A stretch of 64,000 nt of DNA from Pseudomonadota bacterium (GTDB lineage Bacteria > Bdellovibrionota > FAC87 > UBA2466). The stretch spans positions 1-64,000 of the forward strand of contig JAYUGC010000014.1 in NCBI GenBank assembly GCA_043767805.1, read 5' to 3'. The notes beneath the pieces were generated by a model. It had not been told where the DNA came from, searched no databases, and worked only from the letters and a program-made list of their open reading frames with translations. Shown here piece after piece: positions 39,023 through 47,819 of this stretch (positions are counted from its first letter, which is position 1; every line of letters starts with the position of its first letter). The translations under genes were made by a program, and so were the position numbers.

Positions 39023-40246
39023 TCAGAAGAAGCAGTGGCCGAGGCCGCGGTAGGTGGGGGCGCGGCCCACGAGAGTCCCGTTTCTGAGGAGGAGATAGTC
39101 GGGGAAACGCTCTGCAATTTCCCCGGCTTTGGCGGGGCGGCAAAACACGGGATCGCCGAGCGCGAGGCCATCTGCCGCCGGGCCTCGCAGCGGTGTTTGC
39201 ACTTCACCGAAGCCTTCGAGCGAAAGGGGGGCGAGCTCCCCGGGGAGAAAGACGGACGGCTGTTTCTCGGGGCCCAACGCGCCGCTCGCGATGAAGCCGC
39301 CGCTCTGACAGGTAACGACGCCAGGCTCGGGACGGCGAGCGACCGGGAGCGCGAAGGCAAAGGCCGGCGTGGAGGCATTGCCTTCGAAGTAGTCGAAGAT
39401 TTGCGACTGTAAAATCCCGGAGCCCACGGTGACTTCCGTCAAAACGGTTTCTTCGAGCGCGCCTTGAAAGGAGCCGGAGCCTCCGCCGTTAAAAAAATCT
39501 AGAACGGTTCCGCGGCTTTTGAGAAACGTGGCGATTTCCGCCCGCCGCCTTCGAATGCCTCTCCGAGAAAGAACTTTCATCGCCCGGCGAGCGAGATTGG
39601 AGACGGCCGCGCCCGGAACCCTATCGGGCACGCCGGCGACCTGCGCTTCGTACGCCATCACGCCGGTCAAGCGCACGCGGTCGCTCGCCAGAATCCGGTC
39701 GTGCAGGCGCGTGAAGCCCGCGAGATCCCGCACGGGAGAACGTTGCACGCCGATATGAAGCGAGCCAAACGCACGGAACGAAACATCGGCTTCGATACAG
39801 ACGTTCAGGCGAGCGCCTTTCGAAACGGCTTGCAGCACCGTCTCGATTCTCTCAACGTGCTCCACCGAGTCGATGACGAGGCTCACTTTTCGTCCGCGAA
39901 GAGAAAGACTGTGAAGGGCCTCGATATCGACCGCTTGGGCGGAAGGGTAAGCGACCATCAAATCGTCGAAGCCGAGATCTCCAAGGAACGCGGCTTCTCG
40001 GGCCGAGTAACACATCAGGCCCTGAAACGTGGGCGAGCCCGCGGCCAGAATCACTCGCAAGAGATCCGGCACTCGCACGGATTTCGTGGCGAGCCGCACT
40101 TTCTTTCCGGCTTTCTGCGCCCAGTCCGCGAATCGTCGCGTATTGGCCTCGACCAGATCCAGGTCGACCACCATCGCGGGCAGTGGCTCGTCTTTAAGGA
40201 GGGCCTTCAGCCGACCGTAATCCCAGGCCTTGGGCTCATTCGCCAT
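39023..40246 (-). CDS. Fold-type III PLP enzyme (D-threonine aldolase / DSD1-like amino-acid deaminase/aldolase)
   Basis: RLATKSVR (PLP Lys), MAYEAQ, NGGGSGS, EVTVGSG, RPAKAGE. Confidence 0.85.
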   Translation of the reverse strand: MANEPKAWDYGRLKALLKDEPLPAMVVDLDLVEANTRRFADWAQKAGKKVRLATKSVRVPDLLRVILAAGSPTFQGLMCYSAREAAFLGDLGFDDLMVAYPSAQAVDIEALHSLSLRGRKVSLVIDSVEHVERIETVLQAVSKGARLNVCIEADVSFRAFGSLHIGVQRSPVRDLAGFTRLHDRILASDRVRLTGVMAYEAQVAGVPDRVPGAAVSNLARRAMKVLSRRGIRRRRAEIATFLKSRGTVLDFFNGGGSGSFQGALEETVLTEVTVGSGILQSQIFDYFEGNASTPAFAFALPVARRPEPGVVTCQSGGFIASGALGPEKQPSVFLPGELAPLSLEGFGEVQTPLRGPAADGLALGDPVFCRPAKAGEIAERFPDYLLLRNGTLVGRAPTYRGLGHCFF

Positions 40247-41726
40247 GATCGCTCCCGCATTTTTGCCCGTGAGAATCGAGCCGGAACGCTATCGGTAAGA
40301 GACTTAGGAAACGGCCCGGCCCTTCTTGAAAGAGGGCGAGGGTCAGCTCGCGAAAGAGCCGGTACTTTTCTCGCGTGTAAGGAAACCAATTCGCCTCGAA
40401 CTTGCGATGGCTTTTGTCGAACAAAACGGATTTCTGATTGGTCATCTCTCGCAAGCCCGCCGCGCCTTTAGTGCGCCCGAAGCCGCTTGAGCCCACGCCG
40501 CCAAAGGGAAGGGCCGGATTGCCCTCGGTGAGCATGACGTTATTGACGGAGACGTTGCCCACTTTAAGGGCGGCGACCAGGCGATTCGCCCGCTTTGAAT
40601 CTTTCGTCCAAACGCTCGCCGACAAGCCAAAGGGCGAGTCGTTCGCGAGGCCGACGACTTCCGCTTCTTTATCGAACGGGACGAGAGGCAGCACGGGACC
40701 GAACGTCTCCTGACGCAGCAGAGCACAGTCGTTCGGAACGTTTTCCAAAATCAAAGGCGGGATCGCTTTCGAGACCCCATCCCAGCTTTCTCCGGTGAGA
40801 AGGCGCGCCCCGCGAGCCTTGGCCTCGTCGATGTGCTTTTTGACGGTGGCGACTTGAAAATCGGTCGTCATGCGGCCGAGATCCACCGCGGTATCGCGGC
40901 CCGGTTTTTGGACGAGCTTCGCCGCCCGAGTCAGCAGGCGCTTCTTGAACTCCTCGAAGGCCGGGCGCTCCACGTACAGTCTCTCCACCGAAGTGCACGA
41001 TTGACCGAGATTCGTGAGGCCTCCCCACAGGGCTCCCGCCGCGGCTCGATCGAGATCCGCGTCGGCGAAAACGATCATGGCGTCTTTGCCTCCAAGCTCG
41101 AGGGTCACCGGAATCAAAAGAGGCGCGGCCTGGGCCAGCACCTTTTTACCGGTGGCGACGCTGCCCGTAAAAACGATGCGTTCCGGCGCCGAGGCAATGA
41201 GGTGCGAGGCGGTCTGCCCGTCACCGTAGATAATCTGAATCCAGTTTGAGGCGATACCCGCTTGCACGAAGAGGCCTTCGAGAAGCCCTTCGAGCGGAGT
41301 CCATTCGGAGGGCTTGAAGACGACGCTATTGCCCGCGAGAAAAGCCGACATCATGGGTACGAGGCCCAGGTAGAAGGGATAGTTCCACGGAGAAATCACT
41401 AGGACGGTGCCGAGCGGATCGTAGCGAAGGCGCGAGCGCTTGCCGAAAAGCGCGATGGGAGTCCGGATCTTTTCCTCAGCGAGGATCTTCGGGCCTTCCC
41501 CTTCCAGAAAATGCAGATAGTCGAGTGTCGAGAAGATTTCCGAGACGAGAGCGTCGGTGCGCGGCTTTCCGGTGTCGTTTGAAATGCGCTCCACGATTTC
41601 ATCGAGCCGGCCCAGAATGGCGCGCTTGAGATTGCCACAGCGTTGCGCTCGAGCCGCGAGCGTGAGGCCCGCAACTTCGGCTGCTGCACCCCGCGCGCGC
41701 TCTCGGATGTCTTGCGTGGGCGTCAT
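40236..41726 (-). CDS. Aldehyde dehydrogenase
   Basis: ISPWNYP, FTGS, LELGGKD, GQSCTS, QETFGP, PFGG. Confidence 0.93.
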   Translation of the reverse strand: MTPTQDIRERARGAAAEVAGLTLAARAQRCGNLKRAILGRLDEIVERISNDTGKPRTDALVSEIFSTLDYLHFLEGEGPKILAEEKIRTPIALFGKRSRLRYDPLGTVLVISPWNYPFYLGLVPMMSAFLAGNSVVFKPSEWTPLEGLLEGLFVQAGIASNWIQIIYGDGQTASHLIASAPERIVFTGSVATGKKVLAQAAPLLIPVTLELGGKDAMIVFADADLDRAAAGALWGGLTNLGQSCTSVERLYVERPAFEEFKKRLLTRAAKLVQKPGRDTAVDLGRMTTDFQVATVKKHIDEAKARGARLLTGESWDGVSKAIPPLILENVPNDCALLRQETFGPVLPLVPFDKEAEVVGLANDSPFGLSASVWTKDSKRANRLVAALKVGNVSVNNVMLTEGNPALPFGGVGSSGFGRTKGAAGLREMTNQKSVLFDKSHRKFEANWFPYTREKYRLFRELTLALFQEGPGRFLSLLPIAFRLDSHGQKCGSDHGE

Positions 41727-42100
41727 GGAGCGGTCTCCCGTTGAATGTGCGTGTCCCAGCCGAGGCGCTTGCGAATGGCTGGGTCAGAGTAATAAAGCGT
41801 GTAGAGAAACCCCTTCACACCCAGATCGAGCTGTCTGAGGAGCGAGCCCACGGGATCGGGAAAGCGAGAGGCGTGGCCCGCGAGCCAAAAGAGCGCCGCG
41901 ATGGCCCAACTGGGCAGCCAAGCAAAAAGCTCGGCGAGATCGACGAGCTTTTTGCGATCGCCCCCGGGTAAATAGGCGAGCATGCGATCGACTTCTCGAA
42001 TGAGACCGCTTTGCGAGAAAGACGGAAGTCCTTCCGTTCCCGGCACGAGAAGATCGCCGGCTTTCTCCATTCCGCGTGTCGCTTTGGGAGTGAGGATCAT
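41723..42100 (-). CDS. Small partner protein of the GMC oxidoreductase (gluconate-2-dehydrogenase subunit 3-like)
   Basis: Coupled on both sides; GDLLVPG...PSFS...LYYS...LGW pattern. Confidence 0.6.
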   Translation of the reverse strand: MILTPKATRGMEKAGDLLVPGTEGLPSFSQSGLIREVDRMLAYLPGGDRKKLVDLAELFAWLPSWAIAALFWLAGHASRFPDPVGSLLRQLDLGVKGFLYTLYYSDPAIRKRLGWDTHIQRETAP

Positions 42101-43479
42101 TTGATTACCTCCGCGGCGGCCCGAAGGGACAAAGCTAAAATGGTGAGGGATGGGTTTAAGCCAGGGGCACTCGGAAAGACGGAGGAATCGGCGGAGTAGA
42201 CGTGCTTTTCGCCGTGGAGTCTGAAGTCGGCGCCGACCACAGACGTTTTCGGATCTCTCCCCAGCGCGCATCCACCCATCAGATGAAGCCCGATGGTTAC
42301 GCGGCCGGGGAGAATCTGCCGGGCGCCGGTCGACCGAAAAATGCGGGAGATGGCGTTCATGCCGGCGGCTCGCCTGCGCAAATCTTCCGCGTTCCAGTTT
42401 TTATCGACGACCGTAGCGCCTCCCGGGCCAACTCGAATCTGACCGGCGTTCGTGTCTCGCACGGCCACTTCGATGCACGCGAAATGGCGAAGGCGAGTCA
42501 TCATCGTCTGATGGGCTTTGCCAGCTTGGGGCAAGAGCATCGCGAGGCCCACGGGCGGCGCGAAAACATTTTCGAGTTTGAAGCCTTGGCGGCGAAACCC
42601 CGGGTCATCGGATTTCATCGTCTGAAAAGATCCCCGAAAGGCATCGACGGGCTCGTCGTAGAGCGCGAGCACCATCTCTTGCGGGTGGGTGTAGAAGCCC
42701 GTGCCGGTCGCGGGAAGTTTATCCGCGTACCCCGACTGCAAGAGCAACTTGCTATTGCCGATGGCGCCGCCCGCAAGAATGAGTCTCCGGCCCGAAAAGT
42801 GGGCGAGCGTCCCGTCTTTCAAGCGGACGTGCACTTCGGCGCCGTCGTCATCGGAGCGCACGCCAAGCACTTCGGTTTCCGCGTAGAGCTCTAGTCCTGC
42901 TTCGAGCGCGTGCTTGAGCGTCGTGACGGGGGTGCTTTGCTTGCTGTCCAGCGGACAGCCTTGCAGGCACTCGATGCAATCGTTGCCTTCCTCGTTCTTA
43001 CAATCCTTCTGAGCGCGGCGGAGGGCGGCCGCTTGATACCCGTTCCTGCGGAATCCCTCGTCGAAAATGCGCGCGTTCCGGTTTCGCTTTGAGCTTGGGA
43101 TCGTTTGGAGCGAAAGCTGGGCTTCCGCTTTCTCGTACCAGGGGGCCATTTCGCGCGGAGAAAAGAGAGAGGTGCCAGAAAGAGCTTCCCACTCATCCAA
43201 AGCGAGAGCATCGAAGCGATCGGCCAGCGCCTGGTTGACGATGGTGCCGCCGCCGACGGCTTTGGGCCGGAGGAGACCGAGGTCGGCCCGCCGGTTCAAC
43301 TCGATTCCGCCCGCCCAATAGAGCTGGCTACTCGCGTCGATTTCCTCGCGGGGGTAGGTGGCCGCGGTGAAATGCTTGCCCGCTTCAAACAGCGCGCATT
43401 TGAGGCCCGCGCGACAAAGCTCTTGAGCAAAGGCGGAGCCCGAAACCCCGGACCCCACGATAAGGGCATCATAGCGCAC
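42097..43479 (-). CDS. GMC-family FAD oxidoreductase
   Basis: VGSGVSG, VGGGTIVN, CIECLQGCP, HLMGGC, DSSVFPSAPGLNPSLTI. Confidence 0.92.
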   Translation of the reverse strand: MRYDALIVGSGVSGSAFAQELCRAGLKCALFEAGKHFTAATYPREEIDASSQLYWAGGIELNRRADLGLLRPKAVGGGTIVNQALADRFDALALDEWEALSGTSLFSPREMAPWYEKAEAQLSLQTIPSSKRNRNARIFDEGFRRNGYQAAALRRAQKDCKNEEGNDCIECLQGCPLDSKQSTPVTTLKHALEAGLELYAETEVLGVRSDDDGAEVHVRLKDGTLAHFSGRRLILAGGAIGNSKLLLQSGYADKLPATGTGFYTHPQEMVLALYDEPVDAFRGSFQTMKSDDPGFRRQGFKLENVFAPPVGLAMLLPQAGKAHQTMMTRLRHFACIEVAVRDTNAGQIRVGPGGATVVDKNWNAEDLRRRAAGMNAISRIFRSTGARQILPGRVTIGLHLMGGCALGRDPKTSVVGADFRLHGEKHVYSADSSVFPSAPGLNPSLTILALSLRAAAEVIK

Positions 43480-43495
43480 GCGCCTATTCTAACGC

Positions 43496-43712
43496 GCTAA
43501 AAGGTGTGTGGATACTTTTAGCTAGGCAATTGCCTTTTGGAAATCAAGAGCCAATAGGGCGCACGCGCCGTTATTTTGGCTAAAAGTATCCACACACCTT
43601 TTAGCCCCCCAAAAGGGCCCTGGATACTTTTAGCCAGCGCGGGCATGCCGCTTGCCCGTCTAAAAGTGTCCACACACTTTTTAGACGCTTAATGTGTCCA
43701 GACACCTTTTAG
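43496..43712. repeat. Cluster of five REP-like units
   Basis: GCTAAAAGGTGTGTGGATACTTTTAGC (43496-43522), exact inverted copy (43579-43605), degenerate copies at 43611-43634, 43660-43684, 43694-43712. Confidence 0.9.
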
Positions 43713-44977
43713 AAGTCGGCGAGGGTGATGTTGGCGAGATTGATCTTGTTGGCGAAGACGGAATAGCAGAGGTAGGCCGCGAGGCACTTGCGGTTCTCGA
43801 GCCACGGCGGTTCGTACAGCGGATTTTTGATGAAGCCAGTCGCGAAGAACGGCTCGAGCTGAACGATGTCGGCGAGAGTGAATCGCCCGGCGAAGAGATG
43901 CTCGGCGTAGTGAAACTTATTGGCTTGAATCGCCTTGCGCAAAAACGTGTGGGTGAAGATGAGGCCGCGCAGGTAGACGCAGTCCTTTGTAAACACCACG
44001 CCGCCCTTGGGATTGCCGCCGCGAAAAATGCGCGCGGCCGACTGGAAACTTTCGGTATCTTCCTGTCCCGCCGCGAGAAAGTACTTAAACACTTCGATGA
44101 AGTCGGCGCCGTCCAAAGCCATCTGAATCCCGTGAATGCGCAAGGCAATGCGCTCCAGACGGTTCAGGTCGATGGAAGAGGTGAAAAGCTCGGCGAAGGT
44201 GGCGATGCCTTCTTGAGTCGCCGTGGTGCGGGGCGATCCGAGCCCGAGACTTGGCAAATTTTCCTGCGCCATCCCGTTCAAGGCGGTCAGCATGTGGACG
44301 TAGCCTTCATGATGGACGAGCTGGGGCAAATCATGCGCGGAAAAGCAGGTCGCGTCTCTAAGGCGCACCCGCTTCGGGCCCGCCGCGGCTTTGGAGGCGA
44401 GCTTCGGATCGACGATAATCTCGATCTTGTGATGCTTAAAGAAGGGAACGAGCTCTTTTCTGAGAGTCTCCGCCGCTTGCTCCGCGGGGATGCAATATTC
44501 CCCGTCGTTTATCTTGTAGGCCGAGACAAAATCGCGCGTGCTCTCGATGAAGTAGTCGGCGGCTTGCAAGCTCGAGAGCTGATTGAGGCCGATGGCGTCG
44601 CTCGGTTTTCCGTAGAGCTCGATGGAGAGCTCGGTGAAAAGAGGCGTGCCCACGGCTCCGATGAGGCGCGCCGCCGTTACGTACGACTCGGCCGTCTGAT
44701 AAATGTAGTTTCCGATGGGGTGGCGTTGATCCGCCTCCGCCATGATCGCTTTCAGCTCTTTGATGTTTTCCCGGTGATCGGGCGGGGTGTACTCCACCCG
44801 CGGAATCCTGGGCTTTCCGGCGCGCCAGGATTTCACGAAAGCGGTGCTGCGCTCCTCGTCCCACGAGAGCGTCGTCAGAATCTTGATGGGCTTTGCGGCC
44901 GCCACCAATTTGCGATCGAGCTCGGTGAAGCGGGCGAGTTGCTTGGCGGCTTTTTCTTTGGGAAGGGCGGAAGTCAC
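43709..44977 (-). CDS. QEGLA-motif / DUF1704 protein (HExxxH metallocarboxypeptidase-like)
   Basis: HHEGYVH, TATQEGIA, RIFRGG, FTKD-x-x-YLRG. Confidence 0.88.
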   Translation of the reverse strand: MTSALPKEKAAKQLARFTELDRKLVAAAKPIKILTTLSWDEERSTAFVKSWRAGKPRIPRVEYTPPDHRENIKELKAIMAEADQRHPIGNYIYQTAESYVTAARLIGAVGTPLFTELSIELYGKPSDAIGLNQLSSLQAADYFIESTRDFVSAYKINDGEYCIPAEQAAETLRKELVPFFKHHKIEIIVDPKLASKAAAGPKRVRLRDATCFSAHDLPQLVHHEGYVHMLTALNGMAQENLPSLGLGSPRTTATQEGIATFAELFTSSIDLNRLERIALRIHGIQMALDGADFIEVFKYFLAAGQEDTESFQSAARIFRGGNPKGGVVFTKDCVYLRGLIFTHTFLRKAIQANKFHYAEHLFAGRFTLADIVQLEPFFATGFIKNPLYEPPWLENRKCLAAYLCYSVFANKINLANITLADF

Positions 44978-45026
44978 TGTCTGCTCATTTTACGGGGCGC
45001 CGCCCCGCTTGGGACGTCAATGCGCG

Positions 45027-45293
45027 TCAGAGAGGGGCGGCGTTCGGCGGAACGTCTCCGCTTCCCTCATCGCCTTCGTCAAAAACTTCGGGCGGAATGG
45101 TCTCCATGTCCTCTCCCACGTCGGACGGGTACGTGACGGACGGCGCGGCCTCGAGCGGCTGACCCCAAGCGGGGAAAATCACGTGGAGGAAAACGCCTCC
45201 AAAAATGAGAATCACCGCGATTAACACTCCGATGAGCGTGTTGCGCTGCTGCTTAGAAAGTTTGGAAGCCGGGGGCGATTTGCCGTCGATCAT
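45027..45293 (-). CDS. Small membrane protein with acidic C-terminus
   Basis: MIDGKSPP...one TM (TLIGVLIAVILIFGGVFLHVIF); fills the intergenic gap. Confidence 0.55.
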   Translation of the reverse strand: MIDGKSPPASKLSKQQRNTLIGVLIAVILIFGGVFLHVIFPAWGQPLEAAPSVTYPSDVGEDMETIPPEVFDEGDEGSGDVPPNAAPL

Positions 45294-45362
45294 GAAGGGG
45301 ACAGCGTAGCCGAAGGGTCGGCGCTTGGAAAGTTCCCATCCCCGGGGGTAAACTCTTTGGCT

Positions 45363-46184
45363 GTGGCAACCAACGATCCCTTTTTCGTATCCCAGCCCGT
45401 CTCGGGCATTCCCATCCTGCTGAGCGTCCCTCATTGCGGGGTGGAGTTTCCCCCTGAAGTCGCGGCGAAGATTCGCCCGCGCTACGTGGAAAATCCCGAG
45501 GACACCGACTGGTTCGTGCACGACCTCTACAATTTCGCCACAGACATGGGAATTACCACGTTGCACGCCCGTTATAGCCGGTACGTGGTGGACCTGAACC
45601 GGGACCCGGAAGGGCAACCGCTCTATAAGGATGGTCGGCAAGAGACCGAGCTGATGCCCACCCGATCGTTCGCGGGCGAGCCGCTCTACGACGGCGCGGC
45701 ACCGGACGCGGCCGAGCAGAAGCGGAGAGTCGCCGCTTACTATCGCCCCTACCATGACAAGCTCCGCGGGCTTCTCGCCGAGATGAAAAAGAAGTTCGGC
45801 GTGGTACTTTTGTACGACGCTCATTCCATCGTGCGTTTCGTGCCGACGATCCGGCCGACTCCGTTTCCGGATCTCATTTTGGGAGATCAGAGGGGCCGCA
45901 CCGCGGACGCCCGGATCATTCAGACGGCGGTGGATAGCCTTCAAGCGGGCGGCCGCTATGAGCTTTCTCACAACGATCCCTTTCAGGGTGGCTACATCAC
46001 GCGCCACTACGGCCAGCCTTTCGCGGGCGTGCATGCGTTGCAGCTCGAGATGTCTCAAGATGTTTACATGGAAGGCGGCAAGCTCGATACCAAGAAAGCG
46101 GAGCCGCTCCGCGCGGTGCTCAAGACGACGCTGGAGCGCCTCGCCGAAGGTATCCAGGGCTTTGGATCGAGGCGTGCGCGATGA
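45363..46184 (+). CDS. hutG: N-formylglutamate amidohydrolase
   Basis: LSVPHCG, DTDWFV, SRYVVDLNR, YDAHSI, GGYITRHYG, HALQLEM. Confidence 0.9.
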   Translation: MATNDPFFVSQPVSGIPILLSVPHCGVEFPPEVAAKIRPRYVENPEDTDWFVHDLYNFATDMGITTLHARYSRYVVDLNRDPEGQPLYKDGRQETELMPTRSFAGEPLYDGAAPDAAEQKRRVAAYYRPYHDKLRGLLAEMKKKFGVVLLYDAHSIVRFVPTIRPTPFPDLILGDQRGRTADARIIQTAVDSLQAGGRYELSHNDPFQGGYITRHYGQPFAGVHALQLEMSQDVYMEGGKLDTKKAEPLRAVLKTTLERLAEGIQGFGSRRAR

Positions 46185-47542
46185 AGCGTTTTCATTTCGA
46201 GGCCCTTTGGCAGGAGACGGGGTGGCTCGAGAAGGCCGTCGTTTCCGTCGACGAGCGCGGCAAGATCGCGAAGGTAGAGAGCGGGACGCCCGAGGGAGCG
46301 GAGAGTATCGCGGGCTGGGCCTTGCCCGGAATTCCCAACGCGCACTCGCACGCGTTTCAGTTTGCTCTCGCCGGCATGGCGGAGCACGTGCCGGAGGGCC
46401 GCAAGGACGATGATTTTTGGAGCTGGCGCCAGGTCATGTACGAGCTCGCGCTTTCCGTCGAGCCCGAGGGCGTGCAAGCCATTGCCGCTTATGCTTACAG
46501 TGAAATGGTGGCGCGGGGCTTTACCTCGGTGGCGGAATTTCACTATCTGCATCACCAGCCCGACGGACTTCCCTATGCGGATCCGACGGTGATGGCCGAA
46601 GCTCTGTGCCGGGCGGCCAATCAAGCGGGCATCAAGCTGACCCTCGTTCCCGTGCACTATCACTTCGGAGATTTTGGAAAACCGGCTTCGCCTCGTCAGC
46701 GCCGTTTTCTTTTTGAGAGTGCGGACGCTTATCTGAAGTTCGCCACCCTCTGCGCCGCGGTCGCGAAAAAGCACGGACAGACTAGCGGAGGCGGCGTTCA
46801 TTCCTTGCGCGCGAGCTCGCCCGAGGAAACGAAAGCCATCTTCAAGGCGCTTCCCAAAGAGTGGCCCCGGCATTTGCATCTCGCCGAGCAAAAGAAGGAA
46901 GTCGACGCTTGCGTCGCCTCCCTCGGAAAGCGCCCCGTGACCTGGGCCTTGGAAAATTTGAGTCTCGACGAGCGTTTTCATCTCGTGCACGCGACTCACT
47001 CAGATGAGCGAGAGACGCGCGCGCTCGCGAAAAGCGGCGCGAACGTCGTGCTCTGCCCGACCACCGAGGGCAACCTCGGAGACGGCATTTTTCCGCTCGC
47101 GCTCTACCAACAGTGCGGAGGCCGCTTCTCCCTCGGCACGGACAGCCACGTAGGCATCGACCCGTGGGAAGAGTTACGTCTGCTGGAGTACGGGCAGCGC
47201 TTGACACTGCAGAAGAGAAATCCGCTTTGCCGGCCCGGCGAATCAAGCGGGGAAGGGCTGCTTAAAGCAGTCGTCGCTTCGGGCGCGCGCGCGATGGGCC
47301 GCGCCGGCAAAAAAGGTTTTGTCGTTGGCGACGCTTTCGATGCAGTGGTGATCGACGCTTCCGATCCGCTCAATGCGGCGCTGAGACCTAAGTTTCGGAT
47401 CGACACCCGCGTTTTCGCGGGTGGGTCGGGCCCGCTCCTAGGCACGTTAATCGACGGTATATGGGTCGCTCGCGCCGGCCGCCATTTGCAGCGCGAAGCG
47501 CTCGCGACGGCGGCTCGTCTCGCGCTCGGCCACCGCCGCTAA
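46181..47542 (+). CDS. hutF: Formimidoylglutamate deiminase
   Basis: NAHSHAFQ, FWSWRQVMY, EFHYLHH, HSLRA, CPTTEGNLGDG. Confidence 0.93.
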   Translation: MKRFHFEALWQETGWLEKAVVSVDERGKIAKVESGTPEGAESIAGWALPGIPNAHSHAFQFALAGMAEHVPEGRKDDDFWSWRQVMYELALSVEPEGVQAIAAYAYSEMVARGFTSVAEFHYLHHQPDGLPYADPTVMAEALCRAANQAGIKLTLVPVHYHFGDFGKPASPRQRRFLFESADAYLKFATLCAAVAKKHGQTSGGGVHSLRASSPEETKAIFKALPKEWPRHLHLAEQKKEVDACVASLGKRPVTWALENLSLDERFHLVHATHSDERETRALAKSGANVVLCPTTEGNLGDGIFPLALYQQCGGRFSLGTDSHVGIDPWEELRLLEYGQRLTLQKRNPLCRPGESSGEGLLKAVVASGARAMGRAGKKGFVVGDAFDAVVIDASDPLNAALRPKFRIDTRVFAGGSGPLLGTLIDGIWVARAGRHLQREALATAARLALGHRR

Positions 47543-47819
47543 ATCAAACCCCAACCAAGTTGAGCTCGCTTGCGCGGGCAATGCCGCGCCACGCCTTCCA
47601 GAAGAGCTTGTCATGTAGTTAACCTAACTTAAGTTATACGACCATTTGTATTTCCCGACACCCGCGCCGAGTGTTCCAAACCACACAAAGGTACTCTCTT
47701 TAAAAAAACCCGAATTGACGATGCCAACTCGCGAGCCTACTTTTCTCCTCGTCACCCAGGGCTCGAGCGAATCTTGAGCGCTTAAATGACACGGAAACTT
47801 TTTTCCAAGGAGGCACTTC

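Noticed and set aside
43496..43712. Possible CRISPR array
   Set aside because: Units alternate in orientation, spacers vary from about 5 to 56 nt, copies are dispersed elsewhere, and no cas genes are present
47543..47819. AT-rich 277-nt gap with TAACTTAAGTTA palindrome as ncRNA or riboswitch
   Set aside because: No recognisable RNA family motif; most simply the serpin promoter region
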